Assembly (NCBI RefSeq): GCF_964204865.1
Contig: NC_135254.1
Location: 19,468,001 to 19,532,000 of the forward strand
Direction of reading: 5' to 3'
Length of the DNA stretch: 64,000 nt
From: Styela clava
Taxonomy: Eukaryota
This document shows, piece by piece, positions 26,966 through 41,789 of this stretch; the stretch's first letter is position 1; every line of letters begins with the position of its first letter. Below the pieces are notes generated by a model. That model searched no databases. It was not told the origin of the DNA and was given only the letters and a program-made list of their open reading frames with translations. Position numbers and translations under genes: made by a program.

Positions 26966-29005
26966 TGCGACTCTATAATATTATTCAGATCAGATGGGGA
27001 AAGAAAATATATAACTTTTAGTTTCATATTACTTTATGACTGGTTGGTTACCGTACAAGTTATTTTTTCTTATGTACAGATATATGTGAAACTGAACACC
27101 TTATATGTAACAAATTTGAGGGAATTGCCATAAGGAAAAAGAATGATAATTTTTTGACCAAGTTTCGATTCCACGTCTGAGCTATCACATCAGGAAGCTA
27201 AATTATTTGCATATACAAACAGAGCGTCATCAACAATCTCTCATATTCCATTAAGCAACCAATTGAGTAGATAATTAATCAAGGTTTGAATATTTCGGAA
27301 AAGCTGTATTGCACAAATCAGTGGTTCCCAACCTTTTTCGATAAATTTTGGAACCATTATTCCTTTCTTACTGGGCATGTCATACAATCTTCAATAAGGG
27401 ATCATTGCCTAATAATAGGTGCAACCTACAGTTTGAATAGTTCACGCTTCCATAAATATGTATCACAATAATACTTTATCACAATAATACTTTATAACTA
27501 AACATAATTTGTGGAACCACCCTACATACAGAATGACATTTCCTCCCTAGGAAGGAAAACGTTGCATAAAGTATAAACAGATATAGTTTCAATACTAACA
27601 TTAGATGAAACAACAATAAATTCAGGAGGGAAGTTAGCATATATATCAAATTGATGTACAATGCACATCTGTTGAGATAAAAGCATAAATGTATGAAATT
27701 AACGAATGACTAGAAAATATATAATACAAATAAAAATCCAATTACTCAAATGTCTGTATGAAAACCAAACAATAATACATGGTACTTTACTTCCTATATG
27801 TGTCTGAATTTGCATACAAGTTGAGCAAACTTTTGTCTATTCTAGTAAACAGTTTCGGAAGATTTTATGAAATGAAAAACGAGAGAAAAATGAAAATTGA
27901 TCCCATAAATTTAAATAGCAAAATTATGACCTCCGTAAGACTCCATAATGGTTTGAAAAACGCAAATGCTAATTTATCACAACAAAGATTTAGTAAAGTG
28001 ATCCATAGATCCACTTTGCGTCGAAAAGTGAAATGTTATATTTTCAAAACAAACAGTTTTATACATAAGGTTTCAATACTCGTCATTGTCTGGTCAGTTG
28101 AATATAAACCAATTGTGACACTGAATTTTAAATAAGGTAGTAAGTCATTTTGAAATCAAGACTAGTCAATCATCGAAAACAGTATAGGTGTATAATGGTG
28201 GTATTCTTAAAATTTATTCAAACATCATAAAACGAAAAATTTATATTTGAAAAACATTATAAAGCTTGATATTTTATTTACAAAATGGTTATCTGAAGCA
28301 AAGCAAAATTCGTTTTCCTGCAAAACATCTCTATACGAAAATACATATAATATGAAGATAATTATTTTCGATAGATAAAACAATAGATCCTCATGAATGA
28401 TGAATCGTATGGCACATGAATGGCACTTTCGACAAAGGCTAAGAAAAATATTATCATAATCAGAGGTGGAGAAGGGTGGGTGGAAGAGTGGGAGGAAACA
28501 GGACGCAATCAATATCGACAAACACAAACAGCTCAATTGTTTTCTCCTCGAGACTGACAGCTCAGTAGAGATTCATCGACTAATTATTATACGGGTATAA
28601 GTAGATTAAGGAGTGTAGAAAATTAGGAAACAGGAAATCTCAATTCACTTGATTCTAGTATATCCATTATGTGTTTGGGCATATATATGCGAGACGTTCA
28701 AAACATGGTTTATGATGGATGAGAAGTAATCAAGTAGCAAGTCTCAATTCTTGAAATCAATGCATGCGCTTGATAGAAACCATTCTCTAGATCACATATC
28801 AGAATACCTAATAATTTCAAGTTTCGGTTAGCTTTTCTGGTATCAAATTGTATCTAAAACGTTGCAAGTTACATTGGTTCAAGTAGATTCCCTGCCATGT
28901 TCCATCAAGTGAATGCGTAAGTGCGGAGGCTCGGTTTCTCAGAGAGCATGTGATTAGATAGATATATTTCATATCAGAGACTAGTTTTTATTTTGGATAT
29001 AAGCA

Positions 29006-32000
29006 ATGAAGTTGTTGAAAAAGAAAAGATTGATATATATAGTATTTATAAGCCTAATCGCAAGTTTTTGTGATGCGTACATAACCTGTAGCGAAGAGAT
29101 TGGTGAACTGTGCAAGAAGAAAGATGTACATAACGGTAAGTCTGTGTTGTAGCTGAAAGATGCTCGTTAATATAGAAAACCCTCTAATTGTAGTTGGAAT
29201 TTCTCAGCATTCCGTCTTTTATATCATGGTGGTAAAATGTTTATTAGAAAAGGTCTGACCATGATTGGGAAAAAATGTTATGTGGACTTTTATATATGAT
29301 GCAAACTTTGTTTTCCTTCAAACAGTATCTAAAGGAAGCTTAACACATACTCAATACGCTTAATTGTAATGTTTTTATGTCACTTTAAAAAATAATTTGT
29401 TCCATCTGAGTAACGTATATTATATAGTGGGTCACCAACTTTTGGCGGTTACAATAAATGCATATTGAACCATGATAATGAATTCTGTCATCTGTCATTT
29501 TCAAATTTCAATCATGCAGCTACAGCTTCCGCAACCTGTCTCCTCTGCAGGTTATTAATGGCAAAACAACAAGCATGTTCTTGAAGCATACCAATTACGG
29601 TACATCACCAATCTTCTGGTTTATATTGATTATGTTGTTTCTATACTTTCAACAGATGAAATACCATACAGTAAAGTTGGAGAAATGACAGCACCAACTC
29701 CAGAATGCATGACTGTAACCTTACTTGATCAAAATGGCTCAGAACATTTGACAAAAATAACTTGGATGCAAAAGTGTATGTATCCAACTTTTATATGTAT
29801 GTGTAAACTATTGTCATTCAATGAACCCCGTCCTTAACGGTTTTTATGAAGTTTGCTAATTTCAGAAAAGTCGAAATTTTAGAAAATTTTCAGAAGACCA
29901 CTAAGAACCCTTTAATTAATACAAAGTTAAAATTCAAGATTGCGATGGTTGCGATTTCAATGGTACACTTTCACATAATTCGGAAATTAAAATATTTTTG
30001 ATATTTCATTTGTAATGTTTGACTTTGACTATAATCAAAATATATGTACAGGGAATGACTTGCAGTATGTTGATGGATACTATATGTCGATACTTAACAG
30101 TGCTTTTATGGATTTTACAACCGCTCAATACCTTTTTCAAATCAATAAAACCGAACTAGAAAAATATAAAGATGAGAGTGGATACGTGAGTGAAATTTTG
30201 AGACATTGCTACGATATAAAGGAGAATACTATGAGAAAAAAAAACATAGCAATATAAAAATATACAATAATGAGCAGGTTATTGTTATTTTTTATAGAAG
30301 TTGCTCATAAAAAATATCAAAGCACCACATTTATTTTTGTATAGACAATTTTATGATGCTATCGTTATGACAGATGCAAAGGCACTTGTTTCCTCTATCT
30401 TTAAACCTCAGTAAAAAATAAATTGATTTTAATAATTATAATCTTTGTTCAATATTAAATGGTACGTCTGAAAATTTCAGCATTTTGTTTGAACCATCTA
30501 TTCCAGATATTTTTGCAAATATTCTGTCCAACTTATGTCACAGGGTTCCCCATTATTAGATAGTTTCAATCAAAATCTGTAATATATATTATTGTGTAAT
30601 TTACTTTTTGGTTACCCCTTTCTTCTAATTGATATATATTAGGTTACATTCAGTTTCAATGACCACAAAGAACTGTCAGGAAAAATTGCCATCATTATCT
30701 CATCAATGCCAATGTATCAAACTGATGATAATGACCATTTTCTTAAAGTTAATATGGATGGTTAGTTTATTTATTTAATTCACTTTATTGTATATAAAGA
30801 TGAATAAATATTTTTTAAGTAATTTATAATTATACAATTAGCCATTTATAAGCAACTCATAACAGAGTTGTATTCACTCATATTAAAACAATAAGCTCAA
30901 TCTATCATTAAATTATAAAGATAACTTATATATAAGAATTGCTATTTATATTTCTCTTTGAACAACTTGACAAGCGCAAATTATGCATGAAAAGAAATAT
31001 AAACATTTTACATCATTGTTTTATTTCTCACTAATCCTTGCAAATTAAACACAAAATTCCAATGAACATTTTGGAATTTGCATCACCATACATGCCGCCA
31101 TTATCAATTATAGTTTTACTGATAAACCTTTATGTTTTGATCGTTTTTCAGCCATTTATTCAGATCCATATATCACAAAGACAGAAACTATTTGTTTAAA
31201 CAACCAAACAGGTAAAGAATTAATTCTAAAAATATTGATGCCAATTCATGAATATCTCACATTTTCATTTTCAAAAGTAACTTGATAAATGTTTAAATAT
31301 TATCACAACTTTTATATCAGATAACAGTGAAGCCATAAACACTCATATGAAACATAGATATGAAATTGCACAGAGTGCCCTGATGCGATAGTTAAAGCCC
31401 ATTGTTGCTACAGATAATGAAGGATCAGAATATGGAAGTGAAATGCTCGGTATAGATTCTCAAGAATATGATATTGGTAGCAGCGAAAATTTCCCAACTG
31501 ATCCTGATGACGTAGAAGTGTCAAGAGATTCACCACTTTGTGACACTACTGGAAGTGAGTGATATTTAAAACAAGGTTGTAATAATTTAACGAGTCAGTT
31601 ATTGACTTATTCCCAACTCAAATCACTTGGTAGAGTGACTTGGAAGGAATTTTTCTCCACTCATATTGTTTTTTCGAATAACCTCTGACATCAAGTTAAT
31701 AACTTGAGATAATGATAACACCTAACACTAAGATCGCAACAGTACAAATAGTGAAACGGCCGAAGATTGTAAAATTGTAAAGATGTATAGTTTCACTACA
31801 TTGGGTATTGTAATAATCAAAAGTGAATAATGCAAAAAAACATGTATCGAATTTCAAATATGAACAGTAGTGTAGAAACATGATTTATTGCCATATATCA
31901 TTTCAAGCCTAATAATTTTACTGCTTTTTTACAGCATTAATTAAGATTATTGAATCTCTCTGTTTTGCAGTGGTACCTGTAAGTGTTACAATAATAGCAT

Positions 32001-33412
32001 GTGTTATATCTGCACTGATGACTGTGTTTACCATAATCGCAGCTATAGCATTGTACTACGTCATCTGCAGAGCCATAGGTAAGAATATAAAGCTAATTAG
32101 ATTATAAGAATAGATATAAAATCTATTCTTCTTCAAACTAAATTTTTAGCAGTAAATTTCCTGAAATATTTATCGCACTTTCAATTTTGTTTCAAAACAA
32201 GAAAATATGAATATTTACTAAAAAAAAAAGACAAAAATGTTTCCTATCAAAACATAATGTTAACATTGCAGAGAAAGAACACAAAAGAAGAAAGAAAGAA
32301 ATGTCAAATAGAGGGCGAATAAAGAAGCAAGGTCAGTGGCTAATGTTAGAATCATAACATGTATCGGGCTTGTTCGAAGCAAAAGGGGTGAAAAAAGAGT
32401 AATATAAAAAATGCATAATATAAACTAATATCCAGGCTTCAATATCACTATCAATTTGTAAGACAATACTTTACTTTCTATTGCGACAGAATCAAAAATA
32501 AAGTCCAAGGTGATGATTATCGCCAACATGATGGATGCTGAAGAACAAGTAAAGGATGAAATATACAAAAAAGCTGCATTGTGTCTTGCAAATATATTAT
32601 ACGAAAGTGGAGAATTCGAAGTTGGTTGCAATCTATGGGTAATGAAAGACATTGCACAAATGGGAATAGCAATGTGGACACACAATATAATCACATCTCA
32701 AGACAAAATAGTCTTGGTGTGCAATCCCCACACAGTTGCTGCATTGAAGAAATATTGCCCTAATGAAGGTGTCAGCCAGAATAAAAGTCTCGTTCACAAC
32801 CCCAATTCCTCCGCTCAGATCATTTATAGGATACTAATGAGCACCCACACTCTTGAGAAAAAACTAGTCATTGTTTGTCTAAATGATGAGGAGCATGACT
32901 GCTTAGCAAACCTGATGCTACCTACTTTGAATCATTGCGAAAGATATGACCTCGTTCATCAATTTGCAGGTTTAATACAAGCATTATATAAGAATCCCAA
33001 TGATGCAAAGCGTATGAAAGCAGAAATAATGGCAACTATGCAGAAAAGTTTATCCCACATATTCCTTGCAAATAAAAATCAAGACGAAATTGATAAAAAG
33101 GTTGGAAATGACTTTGATAGATTGAAATCTTCAATACAAGAGCAAATGTGGCTGATGAATGAGAACAAACCGGCACAGAAACTACCAGATAAAAAATTCC
33201 CTCATAAAAACAACAATCCTGCGGCAACAACAGAAAAAATCATTCCTGATATGCAATTTGATTCAATGTTTTCTTCACGATGCAACAGTCACAGCACAGA
33301 AACTATTTCAAGCTGTGGGGATACGGGATTCCAGGAGACCAATCACATGCATTACCAATCACATTACCATCCCGCTGGAGCCAGACCCAGGACTTATTCA
33401 AATAAACTCTAG
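29006..33412 (+). CDS. IL-17 receptor-like gene D (most canonical SEFIR of the array)
   Basis: Exons 29006-29135 (signal), 29656-29775 (TAPTPECM...KITWMQK), 30052-30186 (DLQYVDGYYMSIL), 30643-30760 (VTFSF...ISSMPMY), 31152-31211, 31414-31554 (acidic stalk), 31971-32078 (TM), 32272-32331, 32490-33412 (KVMII...AALCLANIL...EVGCNLW...IAQMGIAMW...DKIVLVCNP; compare the IL17RA SEFIR pattern KVWIIYS...EVALDL...ISEAGVMTW...KIIVLCS). Confidence 0.88.
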
Positions 33413-33883
33413 TCATAAAGGTGAAACTGGTGCAAATAGAAGCAATGCTTGCAAACAGAATATCATAATAATATTAACAATTATGTTGATGTGTAGCAGT
33501 ATTGTATTCATAGCACCACCCACATAGGAAACACCCACACAACTTCTCTATAGAGAATGTTATTGACTATTGTGTCCTAAAAATAACCACTTGTCCTGCA
33601 CACCATTTTTTTAAATTTTGTATATTTTTTTCTCTTCAAAGATATCCAGACTATCATGTATTTTGTATAACATCAGATATTTTTTATGAGTTAATGCATT
33701 CAATAAAATCAACTAAAACGACAGTGAGTTTTCAAGATAGATCACCGTTGTGCGTGGGCTACAATAGCCCTTCAGTATAATTTTATGAGGCCCACAGGAA
33801 GAAAACAGTATCAACTTAACAGTAATAGGGAGAATTACATTCTATGTACCATTGCTGACTTAATTTGACAACATAATCAGACT

Positions 33884-33951
33884 CATTCTTGACTGTTTTT
33901 GCATATAATAATAGACACATTCTTGACTGTTTTTGCATATAATAATAGACA
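33884..33951. repeat. 34-bp perfect tandem duplication
   Basis: CATTCTTGACTGTTTTTGCATATAATAATAGACA x2. Confidence 0.85.
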
Positions 33952-34194
33952 CAACATAATAATAAAAGTAAACATCAATTTAGATTGTAAAATCAAAAAT
34001 CATTTTTTAATAGTATGAATCCTTAGTAATTTATTTCCTAAAGAAGCTACCGCAGATTATATATTTACTATACTACACACAATTTTGGTATATTATTTGA
34101 GGGAAGTAAAACTGAAGTATCTTAAGTCACATTTATCAGAAATGAACTTGTTTGATCTGTCGTTATGTACTTGTTACTTATCAATTTTAAGTAT

Positions 34195-34445
34195 GTGGAT
34201 AGGTATTTGTCTGTCTGTGTGTCTGTCTGTTAGATGCACGCGATAACTCACGAAAGCGAGATTGGATCTGCTGCAGTTGCATGTGCATTCATCATATCTC
34301 GTATCAGGAGCCTATTGATTTTGGGCGAATTATGTCGTATAATTAGCGAGTTATCAATTAATTAGTGATGGGACACAAGGTGTCAATATGGAGTAAAAGC
34401 GCTGTTTTGGGGGATCCCCTAACTTTTGATGGAAGAGTCTTCCCT
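34195..34445. mobile_element. Interspersed repeat with (GTCT)n, possibly Helentron/HINE-like; second copy at 3-52
   Basis: GATAGGTATTTGTCTGTC...AGAT(A/G)CACGCGATA(T/A)CTCACGAAAGCGAG occurs at both places. Family assignment is inferred from the GTCT microsatellite layout. Confidence 0.5.
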
Positions 34446-35011
34446 CTTTGACCTATTTTCTTGTTTAAGTTTTGATTTGGCCATTAGATCTTAAATTGTC
34501 TAGAAATCTTGAGATAAACTAATTTGCTTCTACTGTGCCGATTATGAAAGGTAAACCACTTAATTTCAAGAATGTAATAAAATGGATGGGATTTTCAAAT
34601 TTATTCGAAAAGAGCTAAAGATAATAAGATTGCATAATCCTATTGCAAACCAAATCCTGTTATGAACAAACACGGGAAAAACATAGAATGAAGTAAACAT
34701 ACAAAACAAACTCAAAGACAAGAGATGATAACAGAATTATTAAGTGTCTCAGTAACGACTAGTTTAGTTTGATAAGTATGTATGATCGTATAATTCATTT
34801 CTTATAAAAAGATAAATGTGTCTGTTATGTTGCTAAATGTTGGGAATGACAAATCAGTTTCATTTACTCTGTAAACAGTGTTCTGTTAATAAACAACATA
34901 TAATAAATGGTACCACAAGAAGTTATCTCGCCACTCAGGCGAGTCTGTCGTATTGAAAGGCACTGAAGCGTAATGTATAGCGTGGGTGGACACGCATTCC
35001 CTTAAGGGTTT

Positions 35012-35021
35012 GGAATTTCCC
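35012..35021 (-). promoter_or_regulatory. Consensus NF-kB site upstream of gene E
   Basis: GGAATTTCCC, i.e. GGGAAATTCC on the - strand, ~95 bp before the ATG at 35117. Confidence 0.4.
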
Positions 35022-35116
35022 ACTTTTAGGAACAATGTGTCTAAGCGTGTGATTGTGTAAATGCTTGGATTAAAAATACAAAAATTGTAAACTTCTTTAC
35101 TTTTAAACTTTAGATA

Positions 35117-38100
35117 ATGCTATCAATATGGTTAGCGTATAGCATCATTTTCTACTCAGGAATAACAAGAGCTCAAAATTGTAAGAATCAGCAAAGCTGT
35201 TTGTGTAGAAAGCAGCAAAACTGTTTGTGCGATGATTATCAGGAAGTAGCTTGCAGTTCTGAATGTTTGAAAGAAGGTACAGTGGGTTATCTTCAAGATG
35301 GCCGTGCTTTTACTTGTTCTGTCCATGGTGCAAATAGAGGTAAGAATAATTTTAACTTTTTAGAAACTTTAGAGTAAGATAATTTTTATGATTTAAAAAG
35401 ACAAAAATGTTTGATTCATTACTGGTACTTTATTTTGAGAAATTTTCTACCAAAATACTATGCCATATGTATCAAAAGGGCTAAGATAATTTTTATGATT
35501 TAAAAAGACAAAAATGTTTGATTCATTACTGGTACTTTATTTTGAGAAATTTTTAACCAAAATACTATGCCATATGTATCAAAAGGGGTGCGTGCATACC
35601 ACACATTTGTGTTTAGGCCAGTATGCTCTTATGCATGCATCAAGTCTTTAACATTATTGTCAGCTTATTTATCTATTTTGCTAGCATTAAGGGACGAATA
35701 AATGTATATACATTACCATGAAAATTAGGTAATAATCAACAATATTACTATAATAATATATTTGTAGACTCTTGCAATAAGTTATAACTTGCCAAAGGAT
35801 CCAATTATATGAAAACGGATGATTTTTTTTGTAATATTTGTATTAACTAATCATATACAAAAGTGTATGGTTACCAATACATAAAAAACTACCAACTATG
35901 GGCTTGTAGTTTTACAAAAAAAATTATGCATTTCTGAAAGAATAAATTATTCACTCGAGATCTAAAGCTATTCATTTAGGATAGCGTTAAAAATGAAACT
36001 TTGTATGACATAAAAATTATTTGAAATCACAGACATACCTCGACCAACAAAAAATGACACAACAGCTTGTATGCCAGTTTCATTCAGAATCAGTTGCCAC
36101 AAAACTTTCATAAGAAGTATTTACGTACCAACACTGAATATGTCATGGGACCAAGAAGGTATGTACCATAGTAATAAATAGTTCCGTATTTCAATAAGTT
36201 TTACATTTTATTAGTGAAAAAGTAAACATCAGTTCAATTGATGCAGACTCTGAAATGAAAATTTTATTCAAAAGTAGGTCGTGATTGATGACTGATATAC
36301 CAAGAGCAAAAATGACATCATAGAATACATGATGGTGAAAAAAACAGAACCCAGGTCATTTGGAACATATTCTAGATAAAAACATAAATTTTGTGCAGAA
36401 AATCATAGATTACTGAAACTTTTGCATACAATCATACACAAACATAAATTCAACTGTTGAAGTGGTAAATTTGATAATTATTTCATAATAAAATTTCAAG
36501 TAATTAAGATTAAGAAATTCATTAGTTCTTTTTGGGTTATCGTGTATCGGTAGAGGCTGTCATCGAATAGAGATTGATGCTAGACTAGAAGCAATTAATG
36601 TTAACAGTATGTATATACCAAATTGATATCCATCTGCATACTTTACTTATGAGAGGAACATAACATTGTAAATATCATTGTAATGATAGATAGATGTTTT
36701 GCAATTTAGAAACTTGAATAAATGTAATTACTGGTGAAAAATTTGCATCCTTCGTTTTAACTTTTCAATTGGATTAGCTCAATACCATTAACTATTTTTT
36801 GCAAGTTCGTAGACTAAAAATAAGCCAATTAAGAATTCCCATGTCCATATCTATCGGTATATATTATTAGCCTTTACTACATTTATAAAAAAAACTATTA
36901 TATTTTAAATTATAAGAATACAAAAAATGAATTTGAAATTTTTTTGATATTATAACAGAAAGATTCATTCGAGATGGTGATATCACTGGCTTTTATCTTG
37001 TTGAAGGAAACCTGCGTTATAAAGTATCTATTGATATCAAAAATGACAAAAGAAATCATTCTATGCATGTGGTAAGTAATTACAATTAAGATAAAACAGC
37101 TTTAACTTCACTATAAAAATACTGTTATCATATGGGAACTTTAATCGAGGACAAGCTAATAGAACAAGCCTCATCATGGGATAAATGTTATTAAGCCTAA
37201 TGCAGAAAATTCGCGCATAATATTTGGCTTCGAAGCAAGATAAGCATAAGATAAGATTTTCATATTTATCCCGGAAAAGAAGAAGACCAACGGTGAAGCA
37301 TACCCCAGCCTCACACCCAGTTGCCAGTCCAAGTTGGGTATGGAATTAGTTAGCCAGTTATTTGTTTTAGATGTATGTACTTGATGATGAAGGAAGCCAT
37401 AACTGCCAAGTTGTCACATGAACCTACCTACAGTGGCCAGGAGCCCATCAATCCTCCCACACATAATTATCCCACATAGAATTTGAACTTGCGAACCCAC
37501 GTAGAAGAATCAGAGGTGCAAAGGAAGGCATATTCCTAGCACTTAGCATGATGCGCCAACTGACAAGGTCAGGATAAGATTTTCAAAATGATCTTAGAGG
37601 AGAGAAAAGGTCTGGTAAGGAACAGGCCAGCCTAATGGAAGTCAATTCTACATTACTAAATAATCTCAAATTGGTTTCGAGCCCATGAGGATACATCACA
37701 CAGTAATTCTTATTTTTTCACTATACTATAAATCAATCTCTGAAACATCTGTAATCTCATAGCATATCCACAATTTTTCAGCCAAATAATAGCTGCATAC
37801 GATTTCGATATGATTGTTTTGGAGCACATAACGATCTACTTGAACCAGAAGAAAAAATGCAATTTTGGGTTGCATCATTACCAATGTCACAACCAGACGA
37901 CCCAAGAAATGGTCTTTGTGCCGAGTTTACTATTCCTAACCAGGATGAATGTATGTTATTATATTTTTAATAATAAGATATTCTGTGGGCATATTGGTCA
38001 CGTGATTATTTAACACTATATATGTATAGTGCGTAGCTTTTTAAAAATCTCTGGTCCAAGCACGATGCCAATAAGCCCAGGGTGGAGTAGATCCGGTCTG

Positions 38101-40609
38101 CTATAGATAATTAGAAAGAATGCGGTATCACTTTGTTTATTGCAAAAAAAAGAGAGCATTTCAATGATTATCAACAATTACAAAAGTGAACCTAAATCTG
38201 ATACCTGGGTAATAAGTAAGATAGAGACAACCTAATATTCAAAGACAGTAATTAAAAATAACATGGCTATTGGCAATACTATTCTGCAACCAGCTTTCTT
38301 CACAGATTCAAACAATAAATTTTATTCCTTAACAGGTGGGAAGACATATTTGAGTACCACAACAACTACAACAACCGAAGACCCTACAGAGCAACAAAGT
38401 ACACCTTCATATACTGGTAATGATCACAGTATTAGCAATTTATAATTTTCACAATAAGTGAAAAGAGACAGTCACTGGAGTTCTTTAACTAAATGTGTTT
38501 GATTATTGAGATCCAAAAACAAAAACTTTCTCAGCCATTACACTAATTCTTGCAAACCTTATTAATCAAATTTCCCCCATTCACCTTTTTTGTTAAACTA
38601 GTCTGTAAGTCAGTTTGAGCTTAAAAAACCGAAATTTATTTCAATGTTCAATGCAAGTGGTAGGCACATTCGATTTCAGACACACGGCTAATTCTTTTAC
38701 CATGGACTGAGTTGCTCTTTTCACACTTTTAGTAAGTTCTAAGACATTTAGAGAGTAGCTATTGACAAGTGCAGTTTATAAAACAACAAATGAAGACAGC
38801 ATGTAATATATTGAAAAACACGTTTATCCTTTTTGCTGTCCTTACACACTGTGTTACACAGACCCTTAATAATTATTTTACAAACTCATAATTATGATAT
38901 TAATCATTTCAGAAACAATATATTTTATTTAACAAATATTAGAATAGGATTTCATATTTATTAGGGGGAGAGAAAAAACGCAGCCTCCTGTCCACGTTGG
39001 ATTTAAGACTAGTTAACAGGGTATATGTTTCAGATGCATGGACTTAGAGGTGGTGGAAGCCATAACCATATGCCATCCCATGATACCAAGAAGTCCAGCA
39101 GATCCTGCGAACACAATTATTCCCCAGATTTGATTATCCCTAAGATTCGAATCTGCGCGCACCTAATCAGAGGAGGAATGGCAGAGGAGGGATAGCTAAA
39201 GATTAGCACAATAAGCCAAACGCCAAGTCTTAAATGTACTATACTTGAATACATATTAATATACTCTTCAATCTCTTCAGAAAATTGGATAACATTCTTC
39301 ATTGTCATTTTGGGGATATGTTTGGTCATTGTGGCTGCTGTGGTAATATATGTGAAGAAAAAGAAAAAGCAAGGTATTATGCCTATTCACTTAATATGCC
39401 AGTAAAGCAGTTGTGATATTTTATTTTTTTCATGTGACACTCACTCATGCCTTTTACTCCAAACAAACCCCTGTACAAGAAGTCACTCATATCTAACAAT
39501 AGGTAAGGAGCTTACATATATGAAAAAGCAAATCTTTTCAGTTAGGCTTTACACTCTGGGTGAGGTGGGGCCATGCGATTTGAACGTGACACGTTATGTA
39601 AACTGTAAAGCCAACACGTTTAAGCCTAACACTTCATCTGCTGCTCATAAATAGGGATAGGGAGTAGCAGCAGATACATGCAATTACAGAAACTTTTATA
39701 CAAATTGTCATTAAATGACCCTAAATGTTATTAAATGCTAATGTAAATACCCACAAAAAAGGTAAAATTACTTTTCTGGTCTCCCCAGAAAAATATTACT
39801 AGCTGCTACCATTTAGTATATACAGATAATATTTTGTTATAGGCCAAAACTTTGAGAAAGAGGAAAATACTGACTTCAAAATAAGAAATATTCTGATGGT
39901 AGCTGATAAAAAAAAGAATTGTGATGAAGTGCATGGAATAGCAACAAAAATGAGGGAATATTTCCCAGAAGTACAAGTGATCTGTAACTGGGAAAATCGT
40001 AATGAAAAATCAATTAGCAACTGGTATTCAAAAAGAATGGAGGAAGCAAATGTTGTAATATTTGTTGAAGGAGTGGAAATTTTGAAAATGCTGGAAATAA
40101 ACAATAAGGAAATACAACAACAAACTGATTTTACAATGGCAATCAATCATTTTTTATTTCAAAGTAGAAAAAACATTTTTAAACCAGCAATGTTTTTAGT
40201 TAGAAATGAAAGGGACAGTTTTTACATTTTGACTATGCATAAAGCAAAAAACTGTCATGCCTTTCTCATAAAGAATTCAACAGATGAATGGTTTTATAGG
40301 TACTTGGAATCCATTGCAGTCGCTACGCCTGCAAAAAATAGTAAAATCAAAAAACAACATCCAAAAAATCAAGCTCAACAAAAACAAAAAATAAGTCTAG
40401 AAGAGCAAGAAAAATTCATTGAGCAAGACAATGAACACTACAAAGCAAATAGAGCCAAGTCAAACGTTGTTCATATAGAAATGGAAACAATAGCTGAAGT
40501 ACATGCTCTTGATAAAGATGAAAATGGTAATACACAGATTGGTGAACGTGACCCAAACAACTGCGTACAAAAAGGAGCAAGACCAAAAGAAAGAACAACT
40601 GGCCTATAG
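35117..40609 (+). CDS. IL-17 receptor-like gene E
   Basis: Exons 35117-35339 (signal + 8-Cys cap), 36033-36158 (PTLNMSWDQE), 36959-37071, 37782-37950 (IRFRYDCF...VASLPM...FTIP), 38336-38416 (Thr-rich), 39280-39374 (TM), 39843-40609 (RNILMVAD...ICNWEN...ANVVIFV). Confidence 0.85.
35375..35587. repeat. ~107-bp near-perfect tandem duplication in gene E intron 1
   Basis: TAAGATAATTTT...CCATATGTATCAAAAGGG occurs twice in tandem. Confidence 0.9.
37243..37560 (-). mobile_element. tRNA-derived SINE
   Basis: On the - strand it starts TGGCGCATCATGCTAAGTG (A-box-like), then GGGTTCGCAAGTTCAAATTC (B-box-like), and ends in a (CTTAT)n tail. Body shared with other copies in the window. Confidence 0.7.
38942..39230 (-). 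mobile_element. SINE, same family, decayed
   Basis: ATAGGATTTCATATTTA end, GATGCATGGACTT...GGTGGAAGCCATAACC core, GATTCGAATC B-box-like. Confidence 0.6.
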
Positions 40610-41789
40610 AAAACCATTAGCAATTTTTCCATAGTGTTTTAAGATTGGCGACAAAATAATGCGTACATTTGAAATCATTGACAATTATAAATTAATGTTT
40701 TTTTACGATAAAGAGCTTCTCACATTTTATATTAGAATAAGACTATAATACAATAATATAATTATGAGAATTCATTCCCACTTGCAATACCCAAGAGAAA
40801 ATGCACTAGTGAAATTCTCTTATTTACATGGTTCTGTCAGCAGTATTTTATAAAATTTAGGGCAAATCAGAAAGTGTTGAAAAAGCTCAAAGACGAAATT
40901 TTAATTTTTGTACAAACCTTTGCTAGTACAACACTTTCATTATCATTTCTTATCCTGATGCAGTATTTTAGCAGAAGTCATTGAGAACAAATACTCAGTA
41001 TCTAAAATTACTTGCAATTTGGTACATTTTGTTCTTATTTCGACCCCAAATAGACAAGGGGTAAAATTTAATATTCTAATTGAAGTTGTAGGACATGAGA
41101 ATACAAATTAAACAAACATAAAATATTGAGCATTTGCATTTTTATTTCGCAATATTCATCATTGTTTACCTCATTTAAGTGCTCAAAGCTGCAAGTAAGT
41201 CAAGAGTTTGATGACATGGCAACTGGCATTATTATAATCATTTCTCTTTCTATTCCTAGTAGGCCTATAGTTTAGTGTGATGGGTATTGTCAATATATTT
41301 TTAATTAAGCACCATTTGACAACATTTGACTTTTTTTTATTAACTTTGTGCTTTTATTCAATTATATTTACCAGAAAAAAAGTTTGACTGATTCAAAACA
41401 TGTTTAAAGAGTTCAGTCAGCCATGGATGGGTTACAAACAATGCTTTAGGTTGGTACTGAAAACAAACTATCCCACCGAAAACAGAAGAACAAGCCATAC
41501 AAAGCCAACTATTTGCTTAACAAGAAAATAAAATTCATGGAGCCTAAGAGTCAATAGTACAAATTTTTACAATTTCATTCATGTCTGTTCAGGCTTTTGA
41601 TGTGCTAAGCGGAAAGCACATTATGATGTACCAGTATGTTTACGATGTATTATAAAAATGATCTTAAAAACAGGCGTCTCTATTGAAAGTAAGGGCAATA
41701 ACCATTCGAGAAATGGTTATCGACAAGATAGCTTGAGTAAAAATATGAGATTAATATAAAAAGTTAAATTGGTTGGAAATCTTTATAAA

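Noticed and set aside
37440-37560. tRNA gene
   Set aside because: A/B-box-like motifs are attached to a multi-copy body and simple-repeat tail, and no cloverleaf is evident: a SINE head.
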